In this document: in pieces, positions 28,117 through 37,109 of the stretch
Layout of the letters: the number at the start of each line of letters is the position of its first letter
Numbering within the stretch: the stretch's first letter is position 1
Origin: Acidimicrobiales bacterium
Lineage (GTDB): Bacteria > Actinomycetota > Acidimicrobiia > Acidimicrobiales > GCA-2861595
Direction of reading: 5' to 3'
NCBI GenBank assembly: GCA_035526335.1
Contig: DATLCN010000026.1
Span: forward strand, 14,765 to 78,764
Length of the DNA: 64,000 nt
Notes under the pieces: model-generated
The model's input: the letters and a program-made list of their open reading frames with translations, nothing else
Told to the model about the DNA's origin: nothing
The model's database searches: none
Position numbers and translations under genes: made by a program

Positions 28117-30353
28117 CGCCGGAGGCCCACCCGACCGGGATGGCGACGCTGGCGCTCACCGCGCTGACGGCGGCCGCTGCCGCCGGAATGGGCCGCCTCT
28201 TCGCCGGCCACGCCTACCTGGTGCCGTTCCTGGCCGCAGCCCTCGTCACCCACGCCCTGATGTGGCTGGGCCGCCGTGCGGGAGCACCCCTGTCGGTCAC
28301 GGCCGCGGTGGCCCTGGCGGTGGCCGCGCTGTCGGTGGGCTGGTTCGTCCTGCCCGGGACCACCATTTTCGGGCTACCCGGAGCAGCGACCCTCGATGCG
28401 GCCCGCACCGCGCTGGGCGAGGCGTGGGGCCAGTTCGCGGAGGTCGTCGCGCCGGCGCCGGTCACCGACGGGTTCCTGGTGGCGGGAATGGCCGCCATAG
28501 CGGTGACCGCGGTGCTGGCCGATTGGGCCGCCTTCCGCATGTCCGCCCTCTTCGAGGCGGTCCTGCCTTCCTTCACCCTGTTCATCTTCACCGCCACCCT
28601 GGGGAGCTCGCAGCGCAGGGAGCTGCTCGTCGGGCTGTACGTGGCGGCACTCCTGCTGTTCCTCCTGGTCCACCAGGCGGGGCTGCTCGCCGCTTCCTCC
28701 TCGTGGTTCGCCAGCCGATCCCGTGAGGGCGCCGGCACCCTGCTCCGGCGAGGAGCGGCACTCGGCGTCGTCACCGTGATCGCCGGGCTCGTCGTGGGTC
28801 CCGCCATTCCCGGCGCCGACCGGCCACCGGTGCTGGCGTGGCGGGACCGCGACCTGATCGGCGACAGCCGGCGGACGACCGTCAGCCCGCTGGTGGATAT
28901 CCGCGGCCGGCTGGTGAACCAGTCGACGGCTTTGCTGTTCACCGTCCGCTCCACCCACCGGGCCTACTGGCGCCTCACGTCACTCGACACCTTCGACGGG
29001 CAGATCTGGTCGTCCGACGCCAGCCATCGCCCCGTCCGGCGCACACTGCCCCGGGGGCCGGCATCCGCCGGCAGAACGGACCGCGTCGTCCAGGAGTTCG
29101 TCATCACCACGCTCTCGTCGCTCTGGCTCCCGGCCGCCTACCGGCCGGAGCGGGTCGCCGGCATCGACGACGTCAGCTACAACGAGCAGCTGGGCAGCCT
29201 CATCACCGACGAGGACACGACCAACGGCCTCACCTACCGGGTGGAGTCGGCCGTACCCGTCTTCTCCGCCACCGGGCTGAGCCAGGCCGCGGGCCAGCTC
29301 ACCGGCGAACGGGCGGAACGGTTCCGCCACCTCCCGTCCCTCTCGCCCAGGGTGCTGGCCCTGGCCCGGGCGGTCACATCCGGAGCGGGGAAGCTCACGC
29401 CCTACGCCCGCGCGCTGGCTCTCCAGAACTTCTTCCGCAGCGGCGCGTTCACCTACGACCTCGACGTCGAGGCCGGTCATGGACGCGAGGCCCTCGACAA
29501 CTTCCTCTTCCGCACCCACCGCGGCTACTGCGAGCAGTTCGCCGGCGCCTACGCGGTACTGGCCCGCGCCGCCGGGCTTCCGGCCCGCGTGGCGGTCGGA
29601 TTCACCCCCGGCGAACCAGGTCCCGATGGTGTCTTTCTCGTGCGCGGCCTCAACGCCCACGCCTGGCCGGAGGTGTACCTGGCCGGCGCCGGCTGGGTGG
29701 CCTTCGAGCCGACGCCGGGGCGGGGGGCCCCCGGCGCCGAGTCCTACACCGGGCTGCCCGAGGCCCAGGCCCGTCCCGAGAGCCCGTCCACCGCCACGAC
29801 GGCCGTGCCGGGCACCACGGCGGCTCCGGGTTCAGCCACGACCGCCACGGCGACCACCGCCACGACCGCCGCGCCGGCCGCTGGTGCCAGGCACGGCCGC
29901 TCCTTCCCGGACAACCCCGTGCTGCGCTACGGGCTCCTGGCCCTGGTGATGGCCGCGGCACCTGTGATCGCCGTGCCCGCCGCGAAGTCCCTTCGCCGCC
30001 GGCGGCGCCGGCAGGCGGCAGCCACCGGAGCAGACCGCGTCCTGGTGGCATGGGCCGAGGCGAACGAATCGCTGGCCGGGGCCGGAGCCCGGCGTGAACC
30101 GTCCGACACACTCCACGAGCACGCGGTGAGGGCGGCTGCCACCGTCGCCCTTCCCACTCCCGCCGCCGGCGCCCTGCGGGAGTTGGCCGGTGACGCCACC
30201 GCCGCCAGTTACTCCTCGCGCGACGTCGGCGCTGAGGTGGCGGCCAGGGCCCAGGCGTCGGCTGCCCTGGTGGAAGCAGCGGTGAGGAGCGGAGCGAGGC
30301 CGGTGCAGCGGGTGGGGCGGGCCATCGACCCTCGGCCCCTCGTCCGCTCATGA
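28113..30353 (+). CDS. transglutaminase-domain membrane protein (TgpA-like)
   Basis: Polytopic N-terminus, then a transglutaminase core (HRGYCEQFAGAYAVLARAAGLPARV...GLNAHAWPEVYL...GWVAFEPTPG) with the Cys-His-Asp triad context. A Thr/Ala-rich linker and a further TM helix follow. The start overlaps the DUF58 stop. Confidence 0.85.
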   Translation: MTPEAHPTGMATLALTALTAAAAAGMGRLFAGHAYLVPFLAAALVTHALMWLGRRAGAPLSVTAAVALAVAALSVGWFVLPGTTIFGLPGAATLDAARTALGEAWGQFAEVVAPAPVTDGFLVAGMAAIAVTAVLADWAAFRMSALFEAVLPSFTLFIFTATLGSSQRRELLVGLYVAALLLFLLVHQAGLLAASSSWFASRSREGAGTLLRRGAALGVVTVIAGLVVGPAIPGADRPPVLAWRDRDLIGDSRRTTVSPLVDIRGRLVNQSTALLFTVRSTHRAYWRLTSLDTFDGQIWSSDASHRPVRRTLPRGPASAGRTDRVVQEFVITTLSSLWLPAAYRPERVAGIDDVSYNEQLGSLITDEDTTNGLTYRVESAVPVFSATGLSQAAGQLTGERAERFRHLPSLSPRVLALARAVTSGAGKLTPYARALALQNFFRSGAFTYDLDVEAGHGREALDNFLFRTHRGYCEQFAGAYAVLARAAGLPARVAVGFTPGEPGPDGVFLVRGLNAHAWPEVYLAGAGWVAFEPTPGRGAPGAESYTGLPEAQARPESPSTATTAVPGTTAAPGSATTATATTATTAAPAAGARHGRSFPDNPVLRYGLLALVMAAAPVIAVPAAKSLRRRRRRQAAATGADRVLVAWAEANESLAGAGARREPSDTLHEHAVRAAATVALPTPAAGALRELAGDATAASYSSRDVGAEVAARAQASAALVEAAVRSGARPVQRVGRAIDPRPLVRS

Positions 30354-30408
30354 GCGACTTACCGTGCGTCGTGGCCCGCCGGCAGCCGCTCCGCTCAGCT
30401 GGTTCGGT

Positions 30409-30786
30409 TCAGGTGTCGTCCCTCTTGAAACGCTGACGCAGGCGCTGGCGGGTGTCGCCCAGCACGCTCGGGAAGCCGTGCTCGCGGACGGTGCGGCTGA
30501 CGTCCTTCCATCCGGCCCGCCCCATCTTGCGCAGGTTGGCCTCGAAGACCAGCGCGGAGCCCAGCATCAGCAGGAAACCGAAGAACCCCACGAAGAGGTT
30601 GGACGCGAAAGAGGCGACCAACAGCACCAGGCCGGCGAAGAATCCGAGGGCGGCCCACTTGCAGTTGCGGCCGGCGTGGCGATAGAGCGAAGTCTCGGAG
30701 ACGCCCTTGGCGAAAGCAGGATCGTGCTCGTAGAAGCTGCGCTCGATCTCATGGAGGATGCGCTGCTCGTCTTCCGATAGGGGCAA
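30409..30786 (-). CDS. DUF3040-domain membrane protein
   Basis: From TTG 30786 the protein reads MPLSEDEQRILHEIERSFYEHDPAFAK..., the canonical DUF3040 N-terminus, followed by two TM helices. Confidence 0.75.
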   Translation of the reverse strand: MPLSEDEQRILHEIERSFYEHDPAFAKGVSETSLYRHAGRNCKWAALGFFAGLVLLVASFASNLFVGFFGFLLMLGSALVFEANLRKMGRAGWKDVSRTVREHGFPSVLGDTRQRLRQRFKRDDT

Positions 30787-30997
30787 CTCCGGGACCCTTC
30801 TGCGCCACTGAATCCGACGTCCCATCTTCGCGCACCGCGCCAAGGTCAACAACGCGAGAGCGCGTCCGGAACACGGGGGACAAACGGCGTCCGGGCCCTG
30901 ACCGGCGGCCGGGCCGGGCCGGGATCGTGCAGAACCTCTACCGACGCGTAGAAGGAGCCCACGCCGGCGTGGAGGATCGACCTCTCCGGACCCGTCG

Positions 30998-33900
30998 TCA
31001 CAGGACCTTCGGCACCTGATCGGTGAGGCGCCGGCGCCGGGCGGCCACCGCGCCGCCGGCCACGAGCAGCGCGAGGCCGATCAGGCTCAGCACGGGCCCC
31101 GGGCCGAGCCCCGACCGGCCGCTGGATCGGTGCCGCGGAGCGGGCAGGGGCCGGATGGTCCCTCCGCGGGCATGAGGCTCGAGGACCCGGAAGATTCCCC
31201 ACAGGCCCGCCTCACGGTAGGGCTCGCGATGGTCACCCCAGAGGTAGTCGCCGGCCCGGTGGCCGCGGCCGCCGGCGCCGCCCTCCAGATTCGCCGTCAC
31301 CACGTCGAGGCCACCGAGCGGCACCGAGCTCAGCATGTTGGTGCCTCGCCGTCCCGGTTCCATGGCCCAGCGGTGGCCCTCGACGCTGAACACCTGTGAC
31401 TGCTCGCTCCACGGCGCCAGGGCGTGGATGCGCACCGGATCGCCGGCGAAGGCCTCCAGGAGCGGGGTGGACGGCAGCGGCCGCCCCGTGGTGGAGGACG
31501 AGTACACGGTGGCCGCATCGGGATCGGAGTTCAAGCGGCCCTTGAGTGGCTCGTTCCGGTAGTTCACGCCGACGGTTCCCTGCACGTTGGTCGTGTAGGG
31601 CATCCGGTGCGTGCCGATCGACGCATCCTCGTCCTGGAACAGCAGGGTGAAGTCGCGGTAGGCCGGCCCTGAAGGAGGCTGCACCACCACGTTCCACCCG
31701 GAGCGACCGCCCATGTCGGTCCCCGACGCCGCGTCCCGGTAGGTGGAGCCGGCCGGCCCGACGACGATGGCGCCGTACAGGCCGAGTGCCGAGTTGGCCA
31801 CCACGTCCCCGCCGTCGCGCACCACCGACACCGTTTCACCGACCTCCGGCGAGGCGTAGAACGTGGAGGTGCGGACCTCACCCGGTGCCACCGTCTGGTC
31901 CGGATTGAACCCGGCGGCCACACCTCCGGATTCCAGGGGGTCCGAAGCGAGGAGGTCGCAGCGCAGGGAGACGGATCCGGTGGCGACGGCGTTTCGGAGA
32001 TGCAGCTTCAGGCACTCGCCCACCCCCACGTGCAGCACGAGGGGTTCCGCGGGACGCTGGCCGCTGCGCACGGCCCTGGCGTCCTGGGCGAGGACGAAGA
32101 GGCGGCCGGGTCTGCCCCCCAGCATGGGCAGAGGCGCCTCAATGGCCACGACGTCGAACTCCCGCACGGGGGCGGCCGGCGGGCAGACCGCCGCCGGCGG
32201 ACGGGGCGGAACCTCGTGTCCCGGGAGGGGCAGGAGGGCGGGACCGCTGTCGGGCGCAGCCTCCGATGCCCGATTGCCGGGCAGGCTTCTGGCGCCGCCA
32301 CCCGGGGCGGCGTCACCCTGGCGCCCGGGCAGCACGCGCAGGAGCCCCCAGCTGCCCTCGCGCAGCTTCACCGACCGACCGTTCCCGTAGATGTAGTCAC
32401 CCGGCATCCGTTGCGGTCCTCCCGCCGCTGGCACCACCAGGTCGTAGCGCTCGGAGATGCCGAGATGGACGGTGCTCACCGGTGGGGAGCGCTGGCTCTG
32501 GGGCTCCTTGCGGAACCAGTGCCCGTCCAGGTGCCAGGTGTGCACCTCGTTGCTCGCGCTGACCAGGCTGCGCACGACCACCGGATCACCGACGTTGGCC
32601 TCGATGACCGGCGTTGCCGGGTCGCCGTGGGTGCGGCTGCTGAACACCATGGCCGGGTCGCCCTTACGACGGTCGAGGGGCTCGGCCCGGAGGTTGAGGG
32701 CGCTGCCCGTGGAGCGCCCCACGTGATTGACGGCGCTGTCGTCCTGGACGAAGGAGACCAGCTCGCGGAAGCTCCCCTTGACGTCGGCCGAGACGCGGGC
32801 GTCGGTGTGGATGTCGGCGATGGCGCCGCTGCGGATCTCCTCGCCGGTCCGGGGGTCGTGGTAGGTCGAGCCGGGCGGCTCGGACACCAGCGCGCCGAAC
32901 AGACCACGCCGCCAGGTGCCGATGGCGTTGACGTGGTCGTGGAAGTAGGCGGTGCCGAACTGCGTGTCGTCGTACCACCGGTACCGGACGAACTCGGTGC
33001 TCACGATCTCGCCCGCGGCGTGGTCGAACTCCAGCGGCTTGGAGAGGGTGACGAGGGCCCCTTCGACGGCGGTGACGGCCACCGCCTCGAACCTCTCGCC
33101 GCCGCCCATGCCGATACCGACCACCACACCGGGCTGAAGCCTCGAAGCGTCGGCCATCCTGAGCATGGCGGCGCCCGCCACGGCCGGCCGGGCCAGAGGC
33201 GCCCCCTCCAGTTGGAACGGCCGCACCGACTGCTCGAAGTTGAACCCGGAGACGACGCCGTCGCTGGCCTGGACGTCGAACTGCACGAAGTGGATGTGGG
33301 CGTTGACCTTGGAGAACCCATGGCTCTCAGGTGTGTCGGTCAGCCGGCTGGTGAGGACGACGTCGACGCAGTCCTCGCCGGCATTCGCACGAATGGCGAG
33401 CGGCCGGCGAAGGTCGGGATCGGTACGTGCCGCCGCCTCCTGCTCCTTGAGCACGAAGAGCAGCCCACCGGCGTCGACGATGCGCTCCTCCTCGTTCACC
33501 GGGATGGCGGCCTCGACGGCCTGGAGGTCGAATTTCTTCGAGTGCGACCCCGCCGGGCAGAGGCTTCCCTTGCCGTTGGCGCCCGGGACGGGAGGATCGG
33601 TGCCGTCGTGGTCCGGCTCGAGGAACGGCGAGGGCCCGTGGTTCGGCGCGAAGGGCGGACGTTTTCCCAGATGGGGGCGGAGGAACGGGAAGGCCAGCTT
33701 CCCTGTCCGGGGGTCGAAACGCAGCGGCGGCCGCTGACCGGGCGCCGGCGACCGGTAGCCGGGCCAGGCCTGGTCCGTCTCCGGTTCCCCCAGGTAGGTG
33801 TCGCCCTGCCGGCTCCAGTCGTGCACTGCCGCGTCGTAGCCGCGGGGCTGGCCCTGAGGTGGGAGCTGGCGCTCCACCCATCGCTTCATCTCGCTCTGGG

Positions 33901-35383
33901 CGATGGTGAACGGTCCGTTGGCAGACACGACGGCGGCACCCACGAGCTTTTCGGAGGTGACGGCCGGCAGTACGTGGCCCTGCCGCTCCGGCAGCTCCCG
34001 CAACGGCGGCAGGGCGTCGGTGGACGCTGAGCCGTTCTGCAGTGTGTTGTAGGTGCGCCACAGGCCCCACATGCCGGCGAAGTAGTGCTCGGCCACGTGG
34101 CAGTGGTAGAGGAAGTCGCCCACCGAACCCTGGCAGCCGCCACTCCCGCACTCGGGGACCACGTCGAACGTCTCGGAGGGGCCGAGGCTCTGGCTGTCGG
34201 TGCGCTCGGTGGACTTTGGCAGCAACGGCGGCCTCTTGTCCTCACCGGAGTCGAAGCGGGTGTCCTCGACGCCTGGCTGGCGCGGCCACCGGGTGGCACC
34301 ACCGTGGACGTGGTGGACGTGGAAGACCTCGGACCCACCGTGGACCACCCGCTGCTTGGTGGGATCGCCCAGATAGGCCCTCATCATCGGCGTGGCCGGG
34401 TCCCCGAAGGCGTAGGAGCTGTAGGCGACGGCCTCGTCGAAGGTGCCCGCACCGACAGGAGCTCTGGCCACCTGGAGGGCCAGACGATGGCCGAACGGCT
34501 CACTGCGGTAGTTGAGGGCCCGTCCGCCGGGTCGGTAAGCGCTGGTGACCGGGTCGACCAGGGGGATGCGGCGGTCGGCCGCGTCGAGCAACTGGTAGTT
34601 CTCGTGGCCGATCTCGTGGTAGTAGAGGGCGAACTCCCGGAAATCGCTGCCCGCGCCGGAGCGGATGACGGCGTCCCATCCGCTGCGCAGCGGCGCTCCT
34701 GTCCTGGGGTCGAGCCAACGGGACCCGGGCGGCTCCACCACGATCGAGCCGAACAGCCCGTGGCTGGTCTGGGCCCGGGTGTCGCCGTGGCTGTGGAGGT
34801 GGTGGGTGCCCTCCGGCTCCCCGGGATCCACCATCCACTCGTAGGTGACGGTCCGGCCCGGGCGGGCGACGGCGGCCGGATTGGTGGCGATGGCCGGCCC
34901 GCCTGATCCCGCCACGCGGAGGTCGGCTCCGTGCACGTGCAGACTGGCCGCCTCTGCGCCGGCAAGAGCGTTGCGCAGCGTGACCCGGAGGCACTCGCCC
35001 GGCAGCACCCGCAGAGTCAGCGGCTGGATGGCGTCCCCCTGGAGGCCGGCGGTGACGGCGGGCTCGCCACCGCCCGCTCGGGCGGCGGCGTTGACCGCCT
35101 CTTCAGCCCGCACCCGCCCGAGGTCCTCCTCGAGCACGAACATGCGACCCTCCGGGTCGTGGTCGAGGTAGCGGTTCACCGTGACGTCGACCGCGATGGC
35201 GGCGACGTCGTAGTCCCGCACGGGCACGGCCCGCCCACACGCCCCTTCCGGTGGGCCCGACTCCCGGCCGTCGGCAGGCGCGGTCAGCCCGAGCACCAGC
35301 AGGACGGTCGCCATGAGGGCGGTGACGCGGACCCGCTCCCGGCGAAAAGACCGGGAGCGGGTCGCCGTTGCTTGGAACCGCAT
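30998..35383 (-). CDS. giant (1461 aa) multicopper oxidase-like protein with three tandem MCO-like modules, an RR-containing signal peptide and a C-terminal TM anchor
   Basis: Module 1 has the full MCO ligand set: SLHVHG, HHLHSHGD...GLFG, FHVHHVHGG and YHCHVAEHYFAGMWG. Module 2 has AHIHF, YFHDHVN...GLFG and HTWHLDGH but no Cys motif. Module 3 retains only remnants (GHRW, GDYLWGDH...GLWG). The N-terminus is RSFRRERVRVTALMATVLLVLGLTAPA and the C-terminus is VLSLIGLALLVAGGAVAARRRR. Confidence 0.85.
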   Translation of the reverse strand: MRFQATATRSRSFRRERVRVTALMATVLLVLGLTAPADGRESGPPEGACGRAVPVRDYDVAAIAVDVTVNRYLDHDPEGRMFVLEEDLGRVRAEEAVNAAARAGGGEPAVTAGLQGDAIQPLTLRVLPGECLRVTLRNALAGAEAASLHVHGADLRVAGSGGPAIATNPAAVARPGRTVTYEWMVDPGEPEGTHHLHSHGDTRAQTSHGLFGSIVVEPPGSRWLDPRTGAPLRSGWDAVIRSGAGSDFREFALYYHEIGHENYQLLDAADRRIPLVDPVTSAYRPGGRALNYRSEPFGHRLALQVARAPVGAGTFDEAVAYSSYAFGDPATPMMRAYLGDPTKQRVVHGGSEVFHVHHVHGGATRWPRQPGVEDTRFDSGEDKRPPLLPKSTERTDSQSLGPSETFDVVPECGSGGCQGSVGDFLYHCHVAEHYFAGMWGLWRTYNTLQNGSASTDALPPLRELPERQGHVLPAVTSEKLVGAAVVSANGPFTIAQSEMKRWVERQLPPQGQPRGYDAAVHDWSRQGDTYLGEPETDQAWPGYRSPAPGQRPPLRFDPRTGKLAFPFLRPHLGKRPPFAPNHGPSPFLEPDHDGTDPPVPGANGKGSLCPAGSHSKKFDLQAVEAAIPVNEEERIVDAGGLLFVLKEQEAAARTDPDLRRPLAIRANAGEDCVDVVLTSRLTDTPESHGFSKVNAHIHFVQFDVQASDGVVSGFNFEQSVRPFQLEGAPLARPAVAGAAMLRMADASRLQPGVVVGIGMGGGERFEAVAVTAVEGALVTLSKPLEFDHAAGEIVSTEFVRYRWYDDTQFGTAYFHDHVNAIGTWRRGLFGALVSEPPGSTYHDPRTGEEIRSGAIADIHTDARVSADVKGSFRELVSFVQDDSAVNHVGRSTGSALNLRAEPLDRRKGDPAMVFSSRTHGDPATPVIEANVGDPVVVRSLVSASNEVHTWHLDGHWFRKEPQSQRSPPVSTVHLGISERYDLVVPAAGGPQRMPGDYIYGNGRSVKLREGSWGLLRVLPGRQGDAAPGGGARSLPGNRASEAAPDSGPALLPLPGHEVPPRPPAAVCPPAAPVREFDVVAIEAPLPMLGGRPGRLFVLAQDARAVRSGQRPAEPLVLHVGVGECLKLHLRNAVATGSVSLRCDLLASDPLESGGVAAGFNPDQTVAPGEVRTSTFYASPEVGETVSVVRDGGDVVANSALGLYGAIVVGPAGSTYRDAASGTDMGGRSGWNVVVQPPSGPAYRDFTLLFQDEDASIGTHRMPYTTNVQGTVGVNYRNEPLKGRLNSDPDAATVYSSSTTGRPLPSTPLLEAFAGDPVRIHALAPWSEQSQVFSVEGHRWAMEPGRRGTNMLSSVPLGGLDVVTANLEGGAGGRGHRAGDYLWGDHREPYREAGLWGIFRVLEPHARGGTIRPLPAPRHRSSGRSGLGPGPVLSLIGLALLVAGGAVAARRRRLTDQVPKVL

Positions 35384-35385
35384 GC

Positions 35386-36633
35386 TCAGGTGACCTTGAC
35401 GGTGCCTTCCATGTCCGGGTGGATCAGGCAGATGTACTTGAAGGTACCTGCTTCGGTGAAGGTGCGGGTGTAGACGAGCTGCGCCTCCGACAGCGGGAGC
35501 CCGCTGCTCATGAAGCCCTTGCCGTCGTACTTGCCACCGTCGACCTTGACCTGGGGCGGCGGACCCTCGTGTCCCTCGCCCTCTCCCTCCGCCGCCTTGG
35601 GCGGATCGGGGATCTTCGGGCTGTTGGCCGGGGCGAAGGACTTCACGTTGGCGCTGATGGTGCCGTCATCGGCCCTGAGTATGAAGGGGCGGGCATCCTC
35701 GGGGGCGTTGAAGGCGATGGTGTGGAACCCGTTCACCGTCCAGGTGACCGAGTCGCCCTTCTTGACGGTTAGTGCCGCGGGGAAGACGTTGATGCCCTCT
35801 GTGGGAACCTGGTCCTCCTCCTCGGGGAAGGCGCCCGCCTCCGCCTTCTTCGGGTCGGTCATGATGGCGACCTTGTCGGCGGCCGGCTTGGCCTTGGCCA
35901 CCAGGTCACCCAGTTCCTTCTCGCCGGCCGCCTTCACGTCATCGGCGCTCGGCACGTCGGCGCCCTTGGCCACGACTGTGACCTCTTCGGACATCTCGGT
36001 GCCATGAACGGCGCAGGCGAACACGTAGGTGCCGGGCTTCAGGTCGTCCGCCAGCTTGACCTTGAACGTGTCCTCGTTGGCCAGGAAGCCGCTGTTCACG
36101 AACCGCTCCTTGCCGGTGAAGGTGTCCGGCAGCTCCTGCTGTTCCTTGGAGCAGGCCTCGGTGGTGGGCGGGTCCTCGGTGGCGCTGAAGCACGGCTGCA
36201 GACCGGCCTGCACGAAGAGGTCGTCCGCCCCCTTCGACTCCTCGTTGAAGGTCCCGGGAAGCTTCTTGAACAGGGCGTCCAGCTCCGGCGGCGGCGGGCC
36301 CTCCTGCTTGGGGTCCGCCTTCTCCGCCTTCTCCGCCGCCTTGGCCACCTCGCTGACGAGGGTGCCGCCCATGACCGTGTGGACGGCGCCGGTGAACTCG
36401 CCGGTGAACTCGATGCTGTCGCCGGGTCTGGCCGTCAGCTTGGTGGGGAAGTACGAGATCCACGAGACGTTGGGCTCGCTCTTGGCGTCCACCCGCACCG
36501 GGAACGTCTGGGGCCCTGAGGACTTCTCGGTGGTGGTGTCGCTGGGGATGACGCCACCGTTGTCGTCGTCGTCGCCGCATGCGGCGGCGAGAACCGCCAC
36601 CACGATCATCGCTGTGGCCAATCGTCTTCTCAT
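35386..36633 (-). CDS. lipoprotein with tandem cupredoxin (blue-copper) domains
   Basis: ATG 36633 is preceded by AAGGGAG. The signal peptide plus lipobox is MRRRLATAMIVVAVLAAAC. There are two type-1 Cu ligand sets, FACAVHGTEM and (GFHTIAF)...YICLIHPDMEG, plus an N-terminal cupredoxin-like domain without Cys. The stop lies 2 nt before the MCO start. Confidence 0.8.
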   Translation of the reverse strand: MRRRLATAMIVVAVLAAACGDDDDNGGVIPSDTTTEKSSGPQTFPVRVDAKSEPNVSWISYFPTKLTARPGDSIEFTGEFTGAVHTVMGGTLVSEVAKAAEKAEKADPKQEGPPPPELDALFKKLPGTFNEESKGADDLFVQAGLQPCFSATEDPPTTEACSKEQQELPDTFTGKERFVNSGFLANEDTFKVKLADDLKPGTYVFACAVHGTEMSEEVTVVAKGADVPSADDVKAAGEKELGDLVAKAKPAADKVAIMTDPKKAEAGAFPEEEDQVPTEGINVFPAALTVKKGDSVTWTVNGFHTIAFNAPEDARPFILRADDGTISANVKSFAPANSPKIPDPPKAAEGEGEGHEGPPPQVKVDGGKYDGKGFMSSGLPLSEAQLVYTRTFTEAGTFKYICLIHPDMEGTVKVT

Positions 36634-36779
36634 CCGCACTCCCTTTGGGATCAGCACCGGGCCCACCCCGGCTGGCGCGGGACAGTAGCTGATGGAGGTC
36701 CTCGGGGGAAGCATCCCGTCTGTATTTGTTTCACGATGCTGACGGCGTGACCTGCCCCAGGTTTCCCTACGATGCGGCA

Positions 36780-37109
36780 GTGCCGACAGCCGAGACGGAC
36801 GACCACGATCGGCCTCTTTCCGCCCTCCCGTCACCAGGAGCCCGTGTCGTGGCGTTCGCCGCCATCCTGGTGGGAGGACTGTGCGGAGCGCTCATCGGGT
36901 CGTCGTTCGTGGCACTCCAGTGCGAGCGGGGCTGTGACACCAACCGCGGCGTGGGGGCCATCGTCGGTGGGCTCATGGCCGCCGCTGGTGTGGCCGTGGT
37001 CGCCGTGCTCGTGCTCCGGGCCATGGGCGAGTGGAGCCGGGTCAACGACGGCGACGGCCCAGGTGGTGCCGGCGCGGCCGATGCCGGCGCGGGACCGCTC
37101 AGCCGGTGA
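36780..37109 (+). CDS. small hypothetical two-TM membrane protein
   Basis: Hydrophobic segments VVAFAAILVGGLCGALIG and AIVGGLMAAAGVAVVAVLVL. The start is uncertain (TTG 36726, GTG 36747 or GTG 36780). No recognisable family. Confidence 0.35.
   Translation: MPTAETDDHDRPLSALPSPGARVVAFAAILVGGLCGALIGSSFVALQCERGCDTNRGVGAIVGGLMAAAGVAVVAVLVLRAMGEWSRVNDGDGPGGAGAADAGAGPLSR

Noticed and set aside
30998-31120. An LPXTG/sortase or exosortase-type sorting signal at the C-terminus of the giant MCO.
   Set aside because: There is a hydrophobic helix plus an RRRR tail, but no LPXTG, PEP or GlyGly motif precedes it (the sequence is ...LPAPRHRSSGRSGLGPGP...). I describe it only as a C-terminal TM anchor.
36634-36779. 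A copper-responsive operator (CsoR/CueR/CopY-type) upstream of the cupredoxin/MCO operon.
   Set aside because: I found no convincing inverted repeat or known operator consensus by eye in the ~140-bp divergent region.
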